From: Alphaproteobacteria bacterium
Lineage (GTDB): Bacteria > Pseudomonadota > Alphaproteobacteria > Bin95
Reading direction: 5' to 3'
Length of the DNA stretch: 64,000 nt
Assembly (NCBI GenBank): GCA_965205265.1
Contig: CBDBGH010000003.1
Coordinates: 2,272,001-2,336,000, forward strand
The first letter of the stretch is position 1, and each line of letters begins with the position of its first letter. Made by a program: the position numbers and the translations under genes. Below, piece by piece: positions 43,681 through 55,200 of this stretch. The notes below the pieces were generated by a model that did no database searches, was not told the origin of the DNA, and worked only from the letters and a program-made list of their open reading frames with translations.

Positions 43681-45283
43681 CCGTGCGAATCCGCTCGAAG
43701 CGATCCCTGTCAGCGCTCAGGCTCACCTGAATGAGCTCCAGGTGCTCCAGGTGAACCGACCAGATTCTGTTGCGCTCTCCGACCGGCCCTGCACCGAGCT
43801 TTTGCAGGAAGGCATCCAGGCGATGAATGTCGCGCTCCGGAATTAGCTTCCGCGGCAGACCGCGCGTCAGGCGACTCAGCGTCCTCCATAGCGGGAAGTC
43901 GATTCTCAATCGCGGCGTCCCGGGGAGCTTGTGCGCCGTCAGCGCGATATGGTCCGGGCGATAGTCGAAACACCTCTCCAGATACTCCGGCAGGCGGGGG
44001 ATTTCCGTGACCAGGTCCTCCGTGGCAACGCGTTCGGCGGCGACGAAGGACCGTGACGGCTGCTCGTGAAAGCGATGGCCGTTCCACAGGTACAGATGCT
44101 GTTCCCGGGAATCGAAGTCGAGCGGGCAGTACGCCGCGTTGATGGAGTCCACCAGATCGGCGACCAGCGTCTGACCGGAACCCCTTCGCCCGCCCAGGAG
44201 ATCTTCGAACTCCTTCTCGTCGGAATCGGCAAGCTCGAAGACTTCCTCGCCCTTCTCGTGCTCGAAATAGAACCTGCGCTTGAGCGCGGCGAAATCCTCC
44301 CAGTCGAGCGTCGGATGCGCCGCGACCACAGGCGGGCGCAGCATCCACCCTCCGCGCACCTCCGGCGCCCGGGCATCGAGTGCGGCATCCCATATCGGAT
44401 GGCTGCATCCCGCAGGATCGACCGCTTGCAGGGCCTCCGTGAAATCGAAGCGATCGTCCCGATCGAACAACGCCTCCGAATACCAGTCCGCGCGCTGATA
44501 GTCGCCGCGCTCCCCGCTTCCGAACACCATTCGCGCGAAAAGGATCCACAGTTCGCGCACCGTGGCTCGATGGCCCAGGGCCACCAGGCGCCCGGCCAGC
44601 GCTCTCAGCCGCGCGCGCACCCGCGATTGCGCGAGAAGTTCGGCGTTCCGACGGACGACAGTCTCTTCCGGACGCGCCAGGGCGGCCTGCAATCCGGCAT
44701 CGGCCAGCAGCTTGTCCAGCAATGCGTCGAAGAAATGGCCGCTCAGCGGGTTTCTCAGACTAAGGTCGATTACGACCAGCCCGCCGTCGGAGCCGACGCC
44801 AGGCCCGTCCCCGTAAGCGAGGCGATTCCTGAGTTGCCGCCCGACCTCCAACAGATGCGGAGCCGACCTGTCGGCCATCCGCAACTGATAGAGCGGGTAT
44901 TCGTTTGCAGCCAGGCAGAAGGGGCGCCCGTCCTCGACCGCATCGTGCCACTTCTCCAGAAGCGGCTGCGGATCGCCGCCCCTCATCTCGGCAGTCGCGT
45001 CCTCAACGACGACGGCCCCGGCACTCTCCAGGTCGCGCTTCACCTGACGCAGCAGATGCGTCTTTCCATCGCCGGCGTTGCCGGTCACGACGATACTCCT
45101 CCCCGCCGCCACCTGTTCGGCGAGAAATCGCTCGATATCGCTTTTGATGTGCAACCGCTCGAAGTCGTCTTCCGTCAACGCTTCCGCGATCGCTTCACGG
45201 CCCGCCGCGGCAAGCGTGCGCCACAAGGCCGTGCCGTCCGGTACGACCGCCTGCGGCGCGTCGCCGTTTCCCCCCGTGCTCAT
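43673..45283 (-). CDS. P-loop ATPase (DptF-like), 536 aa
   Basis: VVTGNAGDGKTHLL, EDAT, LAANE, VIDLSLRN, LKRRFYFE; overlaps both neighbouring genes. Confidence 0.8.
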   Translation of the reverse strand: MSTGGNGDAPQAVVPDGTALWRTLAAAGREAIAEALTEDDFERLHIKSDIERFLAEQVAAGRSIVVTGNAGDGKTHLLRQVKRDLESAGAVVVEDATAEMRGGDPQPLLEKWHDAVEDGRPFCLAANEYPLYQLRMADRSAPHLLEVGRQLRNRLAYGDGPGVGSDGGLVVIDLSLRNPLSGHFFDALLDKLLADAGLQAALARPEETVVRRNAELLAQSRVRARLRALAGRLVALGHRATVRELWILFARMVFGSGERGDYQRADWYSEALFDRDDRFDFTEALQAVDPAGCSHPIWDAALDARAPEVRGGWMLRPPVVAAHPTLDWEDFAALKRRFYFEHEKGEEVFELADSDEKEFEDLLGGRRGSGQTLVADLVDSINAAYCPLDFDSREQHLYLWNGHRFHEQPSRSFVAAERVATEDLVTEIPRLPEYLERCFDYRPDHIALTAHKLPGTPRLRIDFPLWRTLSRLTRGLPRKLIPERDIHRLDAFLQKLGAGPVGERNRIWSVHLEHLELIQVSLSADRDRFERIRTDG

Positions 45284-45704
45284 TCCATGAGCGCTCCCGT
45301 CGCCTTACCCACAACTTCTCCCAGGGGCACAAAGATGTCCTCTGGCAAGGCGGCCATTGTGGACTCGTGACGAAGCCGGCTGGCGAGCCAGCGCCGGCGC
45401 CAAAAGGCCGCGATGTGTTCCGTGGCTTCCTCGTACTCATCAGGTGCCGCGACATAGCCCGGCAGATCCCCGACACGCTCTTGCAGCCACTCCCGCGCCT
45501 CCGGAAACAACGGGGCGCCGTAGATCAGGCGATGATGTCGATGCTGGATCAGCTTGTCGGGATCGAATCCCAGGCGCCGCAACCCCATTTTCACCTTGCG
45601 GAGCTTTGGACTCGTCCCCTCCCCGAAGACGCTGTTCACCTCCTTGAAGTCGCGTTGGTGGGCCAGATAGGCGTCGATCGCCCTGCTAGTATCCGGCGAG
45701 AACT
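45280..45704 (-). pseudogene. C-terminal fragment of a Druantia DruA (DUF4338)-like protein, truncated by IS1634
   Basis: FSPDT..VNSVFGEGTSPKLRKVK.GL..LG..HRLIYG..FWRRRWL; ATGA overlap with the ATPase gene. Confidence 0.7.
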
Positions 45705-47620
45705 CCTGACTTCGACGGTTGGGCTGACTTCTGACCGATCTCGCGTCTGGAGTTTTCAGTAAAGCCAATGAGTTGGCAGTTGCGGTGCGGTCAAGCTGCG
45801 TTGTAGTGCCTAGTAAATCTTTGAGACTGTCAATGCCTCCGCCACGCGCTACACTCCCCCCATGTTCGTGCGCATCAAGACCTCCCCCAACAGCCCGCGA
45901 CGCTCGGTCCAGATCGTCGAGGCCGTGCGCGACGGCGGCAAGGTCCGACAGCGCATCGTCCGCCATGTCGGCGTGGCCATGGACGAGGACGAGCTCGAGC
46001 GCCTGAGGCAGCTCGGCGAGTACGTCAAGGCGAAGCTGGAGGACGAGCGTCAGCCGGCATTGTTTGCGCCCGAGAAGATCGCTGAGCAGGCGATCCGTGT
46101 CGGCCGCCGGGGGGACGGCAAGGAGGAACTCCCGGTCGACCTCAAGCAGCTTGAAGAGGAGCAGCGCCTGATCACAGGCATCCACGAGGTCTATGGCGAG
46201 ATCTACCGGCTGCTGGGCCTCGACGCGCTGCTGCCGCGCTCGCGCTACCGGGCCTCCCATGACGCGCTGTTCCATGTGGTGATGGCGCGGGTAGCCAACC
46301 CCGACAGCAAGCGGGGCAGCGTGCGCCGGCTCGAGGAGGACTTCGGCGTGAGTCTTCCGCTCGAGAAGGTCTACCGGATGATGGATCAGCTCGACGCGAC
46401 GGTGATCGAGCGACTGCGCACGCGCGTCGGCGAGGCGAGCCGGTCGCTGCTGCCGGAGCCGGTCGCGATCCTCTTCTTCGATTGCACCACGCTCTACTTC
46501 GAGACGGCCGCCGAGGACGAGCTTCGCCAGCACGGCTTCAGCAAGGACGGCAAACACAAGGACTCGCAGGTTCTGCTGGCGCTGATGGTGACGCGCGAAG
46601 GGCTGCCGATCAGCTACGAGGTCTTCCCCGGCGCCACCTACGAGGGACACAGCATGGTCCCGGTCCTGCAGGACATGCAGCGCCGCCACCAGGTGGAGCG
46701 CACGGTATGCGTGGCCGACCGGGGCATGCTGAGCGCCGACAACCTCGACGCCATGGACGCCATCGGCGGCGAGTATGTCGTCGGCGCGCGGCTGCGCAAG
46801 CTGCCGCTCGCGCTGCTGGGGCAGGTTCTCGACCCCGGGACCTATGCCCCGCTGGAGGGCTCACAGGACCGCCGGGTCGGCGAGTGGGAGTACAAGGGCC
46901 GTCGCCTGATCGTCGTCTTCTGCCCCCAGCGCGCACGCAAGGACGCGCACGAGCGCCGCCATCAGGTGGAACGCCTGCTCGACAGGCTGGCCCGCAGCGA
47001 CAATCCCAGGGAACTGCTCTCCAATCACGGGGCGAAGCGCTTCATCGCCGTCGAGGGCGACGCACGGCTCACGGTGAACCCGGAGAAGATCGCCGAGGCC
47101 GCACGATGGGACGGGCTCACCGGCGTCATCACCAATCTGCGCGACGCGCGCGTCACCGAAGTGATGGCTCACTACCAGGGGCTCTGGCAGGTCGAGGAGA
47201 GCTTCCGGATCACCAAACACGACCTGAAGATACGTCCCATCTGGCACTGGAACCCGGACCGGATCCGCGCTCACATCGCCATCGCCTTCCTGGCCTTCGC
47301 CTGCGTTCGACACCTTGCGTACCGCGTCGCCATCCAGAAGCGGCGGATGTCCCCGGAGGTCATCCGCTCCGCCCTCGTCCACCGCCAGTGCTCCCTGCTG
47401 CGCTGTCGGCAATCGGGCAACCGCTACGTCATCCCCTCGAAGCCGACACCGGCGGCGGAGCAGATTTACGCAACCATGGGGCTGCCCCTGACGATCACCC
47501 CGTATCAACTCGCCTGACCGTCGACGAAGCACGGCTCGAAGAAATGCCGGATGTAGTGCCTAGCCGAAATGAGAACCAGGCAATATCAACTACTTATGCG
47601 AATCAACCGTCGAAGTCAGG
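45705..47620 (+). mobile_element. IS1634-family element (transposase 45862-47517)
   Basis: Perfect TIR CCTGACTTCGACGGTTG; FDCTTLYF, GFSKD, VADRGM, VEESFRITK; no direct target duplication. Confidence 0.93.
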
Positions 47621-47934
47621 AGTTGTTTGCGGATATCATGGATCGACAAGCCGTCGCGCCGCAGCTCGAGAATGCGACTGCGGAGGTCGTCGGTCTTGTT
47701 CGGCCTCTCTGTCGGCGGCGGCTTCGCTGTCTCGGGTGAAGGAAACAGGAAGTTGGGGTCGTCGGTGTTGAGGAACTGCGAGCGCAGATTGCGCAGGGAT
47801 CCCTCCGCGTACCCGAAGCGCTGCGCGGCTTCGGCGGTCGAGCATCCCTCGACGAAACAGGCGCGCAGGGCTTCGTAGCGCCGTTGGTGTGCATTTGCCG
47901 GTTCAAGAAAGCGGCGGGCATGATCGTATGTCAT
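47621..47934 (-). pseudogene. N-terminal HTH fragment of a large transposase, truncated by IS1634
   Basis: QRRYEALRACFVEG..AAQRFGY, RILELRRDGLSIHDI; stops at the IS1634 end. Confidence 0.6.
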
Positions 47935-48391
47935 ATCTATAACTGAACATTGAATATTTTTACATACATGTGTGATGGGCGCCCGTTTGTCAAGAACTTA
48001 CTTTACCGTCGTGCGTTTCCGGCCAGGAGGGTATCGTGAACGTCATGGAGATCAAGGCTATGGCAAGACACGTCCTGCCTGGTCGCGGCTATCCACATGT
48101 CGTTGTTTAAAAGTCAAAAAGAGGCTGTGCCTGGTAGCAACGTTGCTGCGCTCGGGAGTCTTGACAAGAGCCGTCATCGGGAGATTTCAGCATGCCATCA
48201 GACACCGGAACGGCGGTGGCTGTCGCTCGGTGAGCATGGGCGTCTCGGGGCTGAAACAATGTAACGGCTGTTTATTGTATTCAAATATAGGTAACGTGTA
48301 TGATATTCTGTGCGCGGGATGTTCAGGACACACCGATGGTCTGGCAAAATTTCAAGGCCAGATTGTCATACCGGGTGCTATTCTTGGGAAT

Positions 48392-49840
48392 TCAGGCTAG
48401 GGAACGCATGCGCTCGGGGCGGCCGGCGCGGGCCTGGGCGAGAGCCATCGCCATCATCACCGCCAGGGCGAGGGCGAGGCGGGTCTTCATCCTGGCGCGG
48501 CCTCGGATGTAGTGGGTCTCGAAGTTGAAGCTGTTGTCGAGGCGGCTGTTGATCCGCTCCATGGCCGAGCGGCGGTTATAGCCGCGCCGCCATGACGGGC
48601 TGCCCCAAGGCGTGGGGGTGAAGATGCGCCGGTCGTGGCTGTCGAGGTCGATGCGCAGGATGCGGCCATAGTCTCCGGGCTTGACCCCGCCGGCCCGGTG
48701 GCAGGCCCGGCTGCCGGCGCAGGCGAAGCCGAAGGCGGCTGCCGGGCAGCGGTATTTGAGCGTGCCGCAGCGGCCTCGATCAGCCTCGAACCCCTGAAAC
48801 GCCATGGCGCGGACCTCGCCGGTCCCGGGACAGACGCAGGACACCCGGCCGCGCTCGTCGTGAACGATGACATCGGCGCGGTCGGGGAACAGCGGCCGCG
48901 TGATCGGCTGCGCCGGATCGTATCTCGGCTCCTGCTTCTCCACCCGCCACATCAGCCGTGTATCGATCAGCGGGCGGGCGGTCCACCGGTCCCACAGCCG
49001 CGCCTTCAGGCGGGCATCGTCGAGACCGCGGTCGGCGCTGAAGTCGGCGCAGCGCCCGGCCATCTCCGGCGCCCTTGCGAACAGCTCCTCCAGCATCCCG
49101 GACAGCACCTTGGGTTCCGAGGCCGAAGCGCGCGTCACCTCGAAGGCCACCGGAACCTCGTAATCGGTGTCGGCGATCAGGTGCAGCCCGTAGCCGAACC
49201 ACGACTTCACCTTCTTCCACACCGCGCCGGTCCTGGCGTCCACCCCACCCGTCTCGTGCTTGCCCCAGTCGGCGTCGGGGTCCGAGGTCTTGTCCTCGTC
49301 CTTGCCGACCCGGCCCGTCGAGTGGCTCGCGATCGCCTTGCCGTCGTAGCCGAGATGACGCCCGAAGTCCGGCAACGCGGCGAACAGCGAAGCGCGCAGG
49401 CTCTCGATCATGGCGGACACCAGACCCTGCTCGTCCTCAAGCTGCACAACACGCCCCAGGAACCGCGAGAAGTTCCAGTGGCTCGGCGCCGTCGAACGAA
49501 CCCGCGCCGGGCGCGTGACCGCATGCCCGTCGTGAAGCACCGTCACCGGCCCGCTCTGATACGGCAGAGGGTCGAACCCGCAGATCTCCAGCAACGCCGG
49601 GTTGCGCCCCAGCTCCCGCAACAGCGACTGCATCGAGGCGTGTTGCAACACCACCCCCGCGATCAGCGCCCGCCACATCGCCCGCACCGGGTAGTCGTTA
49701 CGGCCCCGACCGCGACACACTTCAAGCGCCGTCACGATCTCCTCGTCGGGAAGCACCTCCAGAACCAGGCGCAGCCGTTCAAGGTCCGGCAGGACTTCGA
49801 CATCGCGCCACAAAAAGGGGAGCTTCTCCGCCGTCGCCAT
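48392..49840 (-). CDS. DDE transposase (IS1182/IS5-like)
   Basis: GRNDYP, YDGK, DPDADWG, FGYGLH, ADRG.D, YNRRSAMERINS. Confidence 0.85.
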   Translation of the reverse strand: MATAEKLPFLWRDVEVLPDLERLRLVLEVLPDEEIVTALEVCRGRGRNDYPVRAMWRALIAGVVLQHASMQSLLRELGRNPALLEICGFDPLPYQSGPVTVLHDGHAVTRPARVRSTAPSHWNFSRFLGRVVQLEDEQGLVSAMIESLRASLFAALPDFGRHLGYDGKAIASHSTGRVGKDEDKTSDPDADWGKHETGGVDARTGAVWKKVKSWFGYGLHLIADTDYEVPVAFEVTRASASEPKVLSGMLEELFARAPEMAGRCADFSADRGLDDARLKARLWDRWTARPLIDTRLMWRVEKQEPRYDPAQPITRPLFPDRADVIVHDERGRVSCVCPGTGEVRAMAFQGFEADRGRCGTLKYRCPAAAFGFACAGSRACHRAGGVKPGDYGRILRIDLDSHDRRIFTPTPWGSPSWRRGYNRRSAMERINSRLDNSFNFETHYIRGRARMKTRLALALAVMMAMALAQARAGRPERMRSLA

Positions 49841-50167
49841 CGCTGTTCTCCCGACCAGGGGGGGGGAACAAGGGCCCCAGGGCCCGATGGCGACACCTTC
49901 TATCTCATGCGCACAATCAGGGCGCGCGAGGCCGCCGCAGGCAAACCTCGCTGCCAAGACGCCGCGACCATCGGCGTGGGGTGAAAATCGCCAAAACGCC
50001 CGCCGCAGCGAAACTGAAACCCAGGATATCAACAACCACCACGGGGTATCAAAAATCTCGCGCCTCCGTGAACGCCTTGTAAATCAACCCGTCCCCGACA
50101 GCGCACACGCCTCAAACCGTGGGTGGATTCGGTGGTGACGGTCGCGCCGAAGTCTACACGGCTGTAT

Positions 50168-51620
50168 GGTCGTGCCCCCAGGCGTGGTGTAGGAGCAGGA
50201 GCCACCATCGGTAGCTGTGGGTAAGTGGCCCGGCGCCGCGACCGTGTGGAGTCTGGCGGCGGCGGGCCACTTATCCATAGCGGATGGCCATCGCGGTGCC
50301 GGTTAGGGTTGGGCTTCTACAGTCCATCCGACCGGAGGAGTACCACGATGACCACCAAGGACATGATGACCCTGCGGGCGCTTTTGGAGAAGAGTTCGGA
50401 CGCCGATCTGCTTCGCGAGATGATCGGGTTCACGGCCGAGCGTTTGATGGCGCTTGAGGTGGAGGGCCTTGCGGGAGCCGCACACGGCGAGCGTTCGCCG
50501 GACCGGCTCACCCATCGCAACGGCTACCGGGACCGGGTCTGGGAGACGCGCGCGGGCACGGTGGAGCTGAAGATCCCGAAGCTGCGCAAGGGGAGCTGCT
50601 TCCCGGGCTTCCTGGAGCCGCGTCGCATGGCGGAGAAGGCGCTGACGGCGGTGATCCAGGAGGCCTACATCAAGGGCGTGTCGACCCGCTCGGTGGACGA
50701 CCTGGTGCAGGCCATGGGCATGTCGGGCATCTCGAAGAGCCAGGTGTCGCGGCTGTGCGGTGAGATCGACGGCAAGATCCGCGACTTCCTCGACCGCCCG
50801 CTGGAGGGCGACTGGCCGTATCTGTGGCTGGACGCGACCTATGTGAAGATGCGCGAGGCCGGGCGCGTCGTCTCGGTCGCGGTCACGATCGCGGTGGCGG
50901 TCAACGACCAGGGCCGCCGCGAGGTGCTCGGCATGGCGATCGGCGCGTCCGAGGCCGAGACCTTCTGGACCTCCTTCCTGCGCTCCCTGGCCCGCCGCGG
51001 CCTGCGCGGCGTCAAGCTGGTCGTCTCCGATGACCACAAGGGCCTGAAGGCGGCTGCAACGCGCGTCCTCGGCGCCACATGGCAGCGCTGCCGCGTCCAC
51101 TTCATGCGCACCCTGCTCGCCCATGCCGGCAAGCAGGGCCGGCGCGTCGTGTCCGCCTTCGTCACCACCGCCTTCGCCCAGGAGGATGCAGACAGCGCCT
51201 CCGCCCAGTGGCGCCAGGTCGCCGACCAGCTCAGGGCCAAGGCGCCGAAGCTCGCCGCTCTCATGGACGAGGCCGAGCACGACGTTCTCGCCGACATGAC
51301 CTTCCCGGCCGCGCATCGCCCCAAGCTGCACTCGACAAACCCGCTCGAACGACTCCATGGCGAGATCAAGCGGCGTACCAACACCGTCGGCATCTTCCCC
51401 AACGAGGACGCCATAACACGGCTGATCGGCGCCATCCTGCTCGAGCAGAACGACGAATGGGCCGTCCAGAGGGCCAGATACATGACGCTGGAATCGATCG
51501 CTCCCGTGAGCGACAATGCAACCGTCAAGCTGCCCGCCGTGGCAGCCTGAGCCTACCGGCCCTACCCGCCGGATACCGCGACGGCCGCCAGGCTCTTACA
51601 CCACGGCTCGGGACACGATC
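50168..51620 (+). mobile_element. IS256-family element (transposase 50348-51550)
   Basis: Imperfect TIRs GGTCGTGCCCCCAGGCGTGGTGTA / GATCGTGTCCCGAGCCGTGGTGTA; 9-bp TSD CGGCTGTAT; WLDA, QRCRVH, TNPLERL. Confidence 0.95.
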
Positions 51621-51924
51621 CGGCTGTATGCGTGCGGAAGAACCATGGAACAGTCAGGCTGCGGCAAGCTCGGAAGCCCTCGGTAATCGGCATTCGGGCA
51701 TTGTCGCTATTCATCTATCGCTCGCGGCAATCGTCATGACCTCGACTCCCCGGTACCGGATTGCGGTCGCACGACGGGCAGTAAACTGTCCAGACCCGTT
51801 GCATGGCAAAACGGAAGCCGAATGCAAGGCAACTTCCACCGTCATCCGTATCTCCGGTGACGACGGGGTTGCCGCATTGCCTTACCGGCATGGACCATCG
51901 CCTGCCTGACGAAACGGAGAAGCC

Positions 51925-52227
51925 ATGGACCTTGATGTCGAACGCCTCCTCGGCGCCGTGGAGCGCACGGTGTCGTCCCTGGACCGCGACGGACAGGCCG
52001 CGCGCGCGGTCACCCTCGCCCGTGGCTACGCGACGACAGTGGAGGATCTCTGGGACGCCGTGACGAACACGGAACGAATCCGACGCTGGTTCCTGCCGGT
52101 CAGCGGCCGCCTCGAACCCGGCGGCCGCTTCCAGCTGGAGGGAAACGCAGGCGGCACGATCATGCACTGCAAGCCTCCCGCATATCTCGGCCTGACGTGG
52201 GAGCTCGGCGGTGACGTGGTGAGCTGG
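51925..52227 (+). pseudogene. SRPBCC/AHSA1-family protein truncated by IS66
   Basis: VEDLWDAVT..RRWF.PV.G.L..GGRFQLEGNAGG; ends at GTAAGC. Confidence 0.8.
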
Positions 52228-55200
52228 GTAAGCCTACGTCGTAGACCGCCTGTCGGTTTTGTCGTGTATTGGCGAGTTTTGGCGCTCAGGGATGGGCGCG
52301 CGTGGGTGTCCATCAGGGATAAGTGGACACTATGCGTATGTCGGACGCGGATCATTCGGGGGCGGGGGGCGAGGTTCGGTTTCGCCGCCGTCGCCGTCGC
52401 TGGAGCGAGGCGCGCAAGCGGCAGATCGTGACGGAGAGCTACCAGCCGGGGATTTCGGTTTCGGTGGTGGCGCGGCGTCATGACGTGAACGCGAACCTGG
52501 TCTTCAGCTGGCGCCGCCAGTATCGGGAACTGGCGAGAGTGGTGGGCGGCTTCGTCCCGGTGGTCGTCTCTTCGATGGAGGGGGCGGACCCGGCGAAGCT
52601 GCTGCCGGCGCCGCCGGCTATCGAGGCGTCTTCCTCCGGGCGTATGGAGATTGCCCTGGCGGACGGCTCGCGTGTGACGGTCGACCGGGATGTGGACGCG
52701 GCGGCTCTGTCGCGGGTTCTCGGGGTTCTGGAGCGGCGATGATCCCGGTTCCGAGCGGAGCGCGGGTGTGGCTGGCGACCGGCGTGACGGACATGCGGCG
52801 CGGGATGAACACGCTGGCGCTGCAGGTCCAGCAGGGTCTCGGGCGGGACCCGCATGCGGGCGATCTCTTCATATTCCGCGGACGCAAGGGCGACCTCGTG
52901 AAGATTCTCTGGACCGACGGGATCGGCACGTCGCTCTACGCCAAGCGCCTGGAGCGCGGCCGGTTCCCCTGGCCTTCGGCTTCGGGCGAGGCGGTGTCGA
53001 TCAGCGCGGCGCAGCTCGGCTACCTGCTTGAGGGGATCGACTGGCGCAACCCGGTGCGGACCTGGCGTCCGTCGCGGGCCGGCTGACGGGCGGCAAATGG
53101 ACTCACCGGACAGGATCGGCATGGCGGCGCAGCGGTTGTTGTGATTCGCTTCCGGGCATGCCGGACGGATCGGACATCGACGCGCTGAAGGCCGCGCTGG
53201 CGGCGGCCGAGACCCGGGCTACGAACGCCGAGGCGCAGATCGCCGCCCTGAAGCTGATGATCGAGAAGCTGCGCCGCGCGCTTTTCGGCCAGCGTTCGGA
53301 GCGCAAGCAGCGGCTTCTCGACCAGATGGAACTCCAGCTCGACGAGCTCGAGGCGAGCGCGACCGAGGACGAGCTGGCGGCCGAACAGGCGGCGGCCGGC
53401 GCGACCCGGGTCAAGGGCTTCACCCGCCGCCGCCGGTTCGGGCGCAAGCCGTTCCCCGCGCATCTGCCGCGCGAGCGCGTGGTGGTGACGCCGCCGGACG
53501 CCTGCGCATGCTGCGGCTCGCAGAAGCTCTCCAGGATCGGCGAGGACGTCACCGAGACGCTGGAGGTCATTCCGCGCCAGTGGAAGGTGATCCAGACGGT
53601 GCGCGAGAAGTTCACATGCCGCGATTGCGAGAAGATCAGCCAGCCGCCGGCGCCGTTCCACCCGACGCCGCGCGGCTGGGCGGGCCCCAACCTGCTCGCG
53701 ACGATCGTCTTCGAGAAGTATGGGCAGCACCAGCCGCTGAACCGCCAGCGCGACCGCTTCGCGCGCGAAGGCGTCGACCTCAGCCTGTCGACCCTGGCCG
53801 ACCAGGTCGGCGCCTGCACGGTGGCGCTGAGGCCGCTGCACGACCTGATCGCATCGCATGTCATGGCGGCCGAACGCCTGCATGGCGACGACACGCCGGT
53901 GCCGGTGCTGGCCAGGGGCAAGACCGACAAGGGCCGGGCCTGGGTCTATGTCCGCGACGACCGGCCGTTCGGCGGTCCGGACCCGCCGGCGGCCCTGTTC
54001 CGCTACTCGCGGAACCGCTCCGGCGATCATCCGGTCGAGCACCTGGAGAGCTTCGCCGGCATCCTCCAGGCCGACAGTTTCGCCGGCTACAACCGCCTCT
54101 ACGCGGCCACGCGGCTGCCCGGGCCTGTCACCGAAGTTCCCTGTTGGGCGCATGGTCGACGCAAATTCTTCGAACTCGCCGACATTGCCGCCGGCAAGGG
54201 GCGCAGGAACGCGCCGCCGATCTCGCCGCTGGCGATGGAAGCCGTGAAGCGGATCGACCTGCTGTTCGACATCGAGCGCGACATCAACGGCAAGACCGTC
54301 GCGCGGCGCCATGCCGTCCGCCAGGAGCTGAGCGCGCCGCTCGTCGCCGAACTCGAGACCTGGATGAAGGCCGAACGCGCCAGGCTCTCCCGTCATGCCC
54401 CCGTCGCCAAGGCCATGGACTACATGCTCAGACGATGGGACCGCTTCGCCCGCTTCCTCGACGACGGGCGCATCTGCCTCTCGAACAATGCCGCTGAAAG
54501 GGCGCTCAGGGGTATTGCGACGATGGAGTCATTCTGCACCCCCTCTTCAACTATCTGAAAACATTGACATCTGATCCCGGCATGAAGTGCGACGCGGGCC
54601 TTTCCTTTGTGCCAGGGCGTGAGCAACGCTCTCTGAATGGAGGTCCGCGGCTCTGATCTGCCAAGGCGCTCGGGGAACGAGCTGCGTGGCGGGTAGCGTT
54701 CCATCCTCGATGAGGCGCCTGAGCGTATGGCTGGTGGTGCCCAACTCGTTCGCCGCCTCGGTCATGGTGTACCAATCGCCCTGCTTGTCCGCTGAGAGAT
54801 AGCCGTCGATCCCGTTCACGCGACGGATCGATCCGACCCGCTTGCCGGTCCAGCTCTTGTGCTGGCCGGTCCGCATGCCCATCCGGTTGAGAGACGCAGC
54901 GATATGTTCGTCCGACCACCGCCCGGCCATGCTGCGTATCACCGCCAGCGCTTCCTCGGGCGTTCGGCAGCCATGTTCACCGGTTCTGGGCTTTCGAACC
55001 CGCAATCGGGAATGGCGGCCACCGACCCAGTGGATCGTCAGCAGGACTTCGCGCGCTTCCTCGTCGACATCGGCGACGATGCCGGCGATCAGGGTGCGTA
55101 CGAGCCGCTGGCGGGCACGCATGCTCACCCCCGGCGCGTTCCAGGCTGCCTTCAGGTCATCGGCAAGCCCGGCCAGATCCGGTCCCGAGGGCTGCGGTGA

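Noticed and set aside
45280-46689. 469-aa ORF as a full-length gene
   Set aside because: Chimera: only 45280-45704 is the DruA-like tail; the rest is the antisense strand of IS1634
47940-48391. AT-rich stretch and 142-aa ORF as a possible ncRNA or gene
   Set aside because: No recognisable motifs; more likely the non-coding end and promoter of the truncated IS whose HTH ORF starts at 47934
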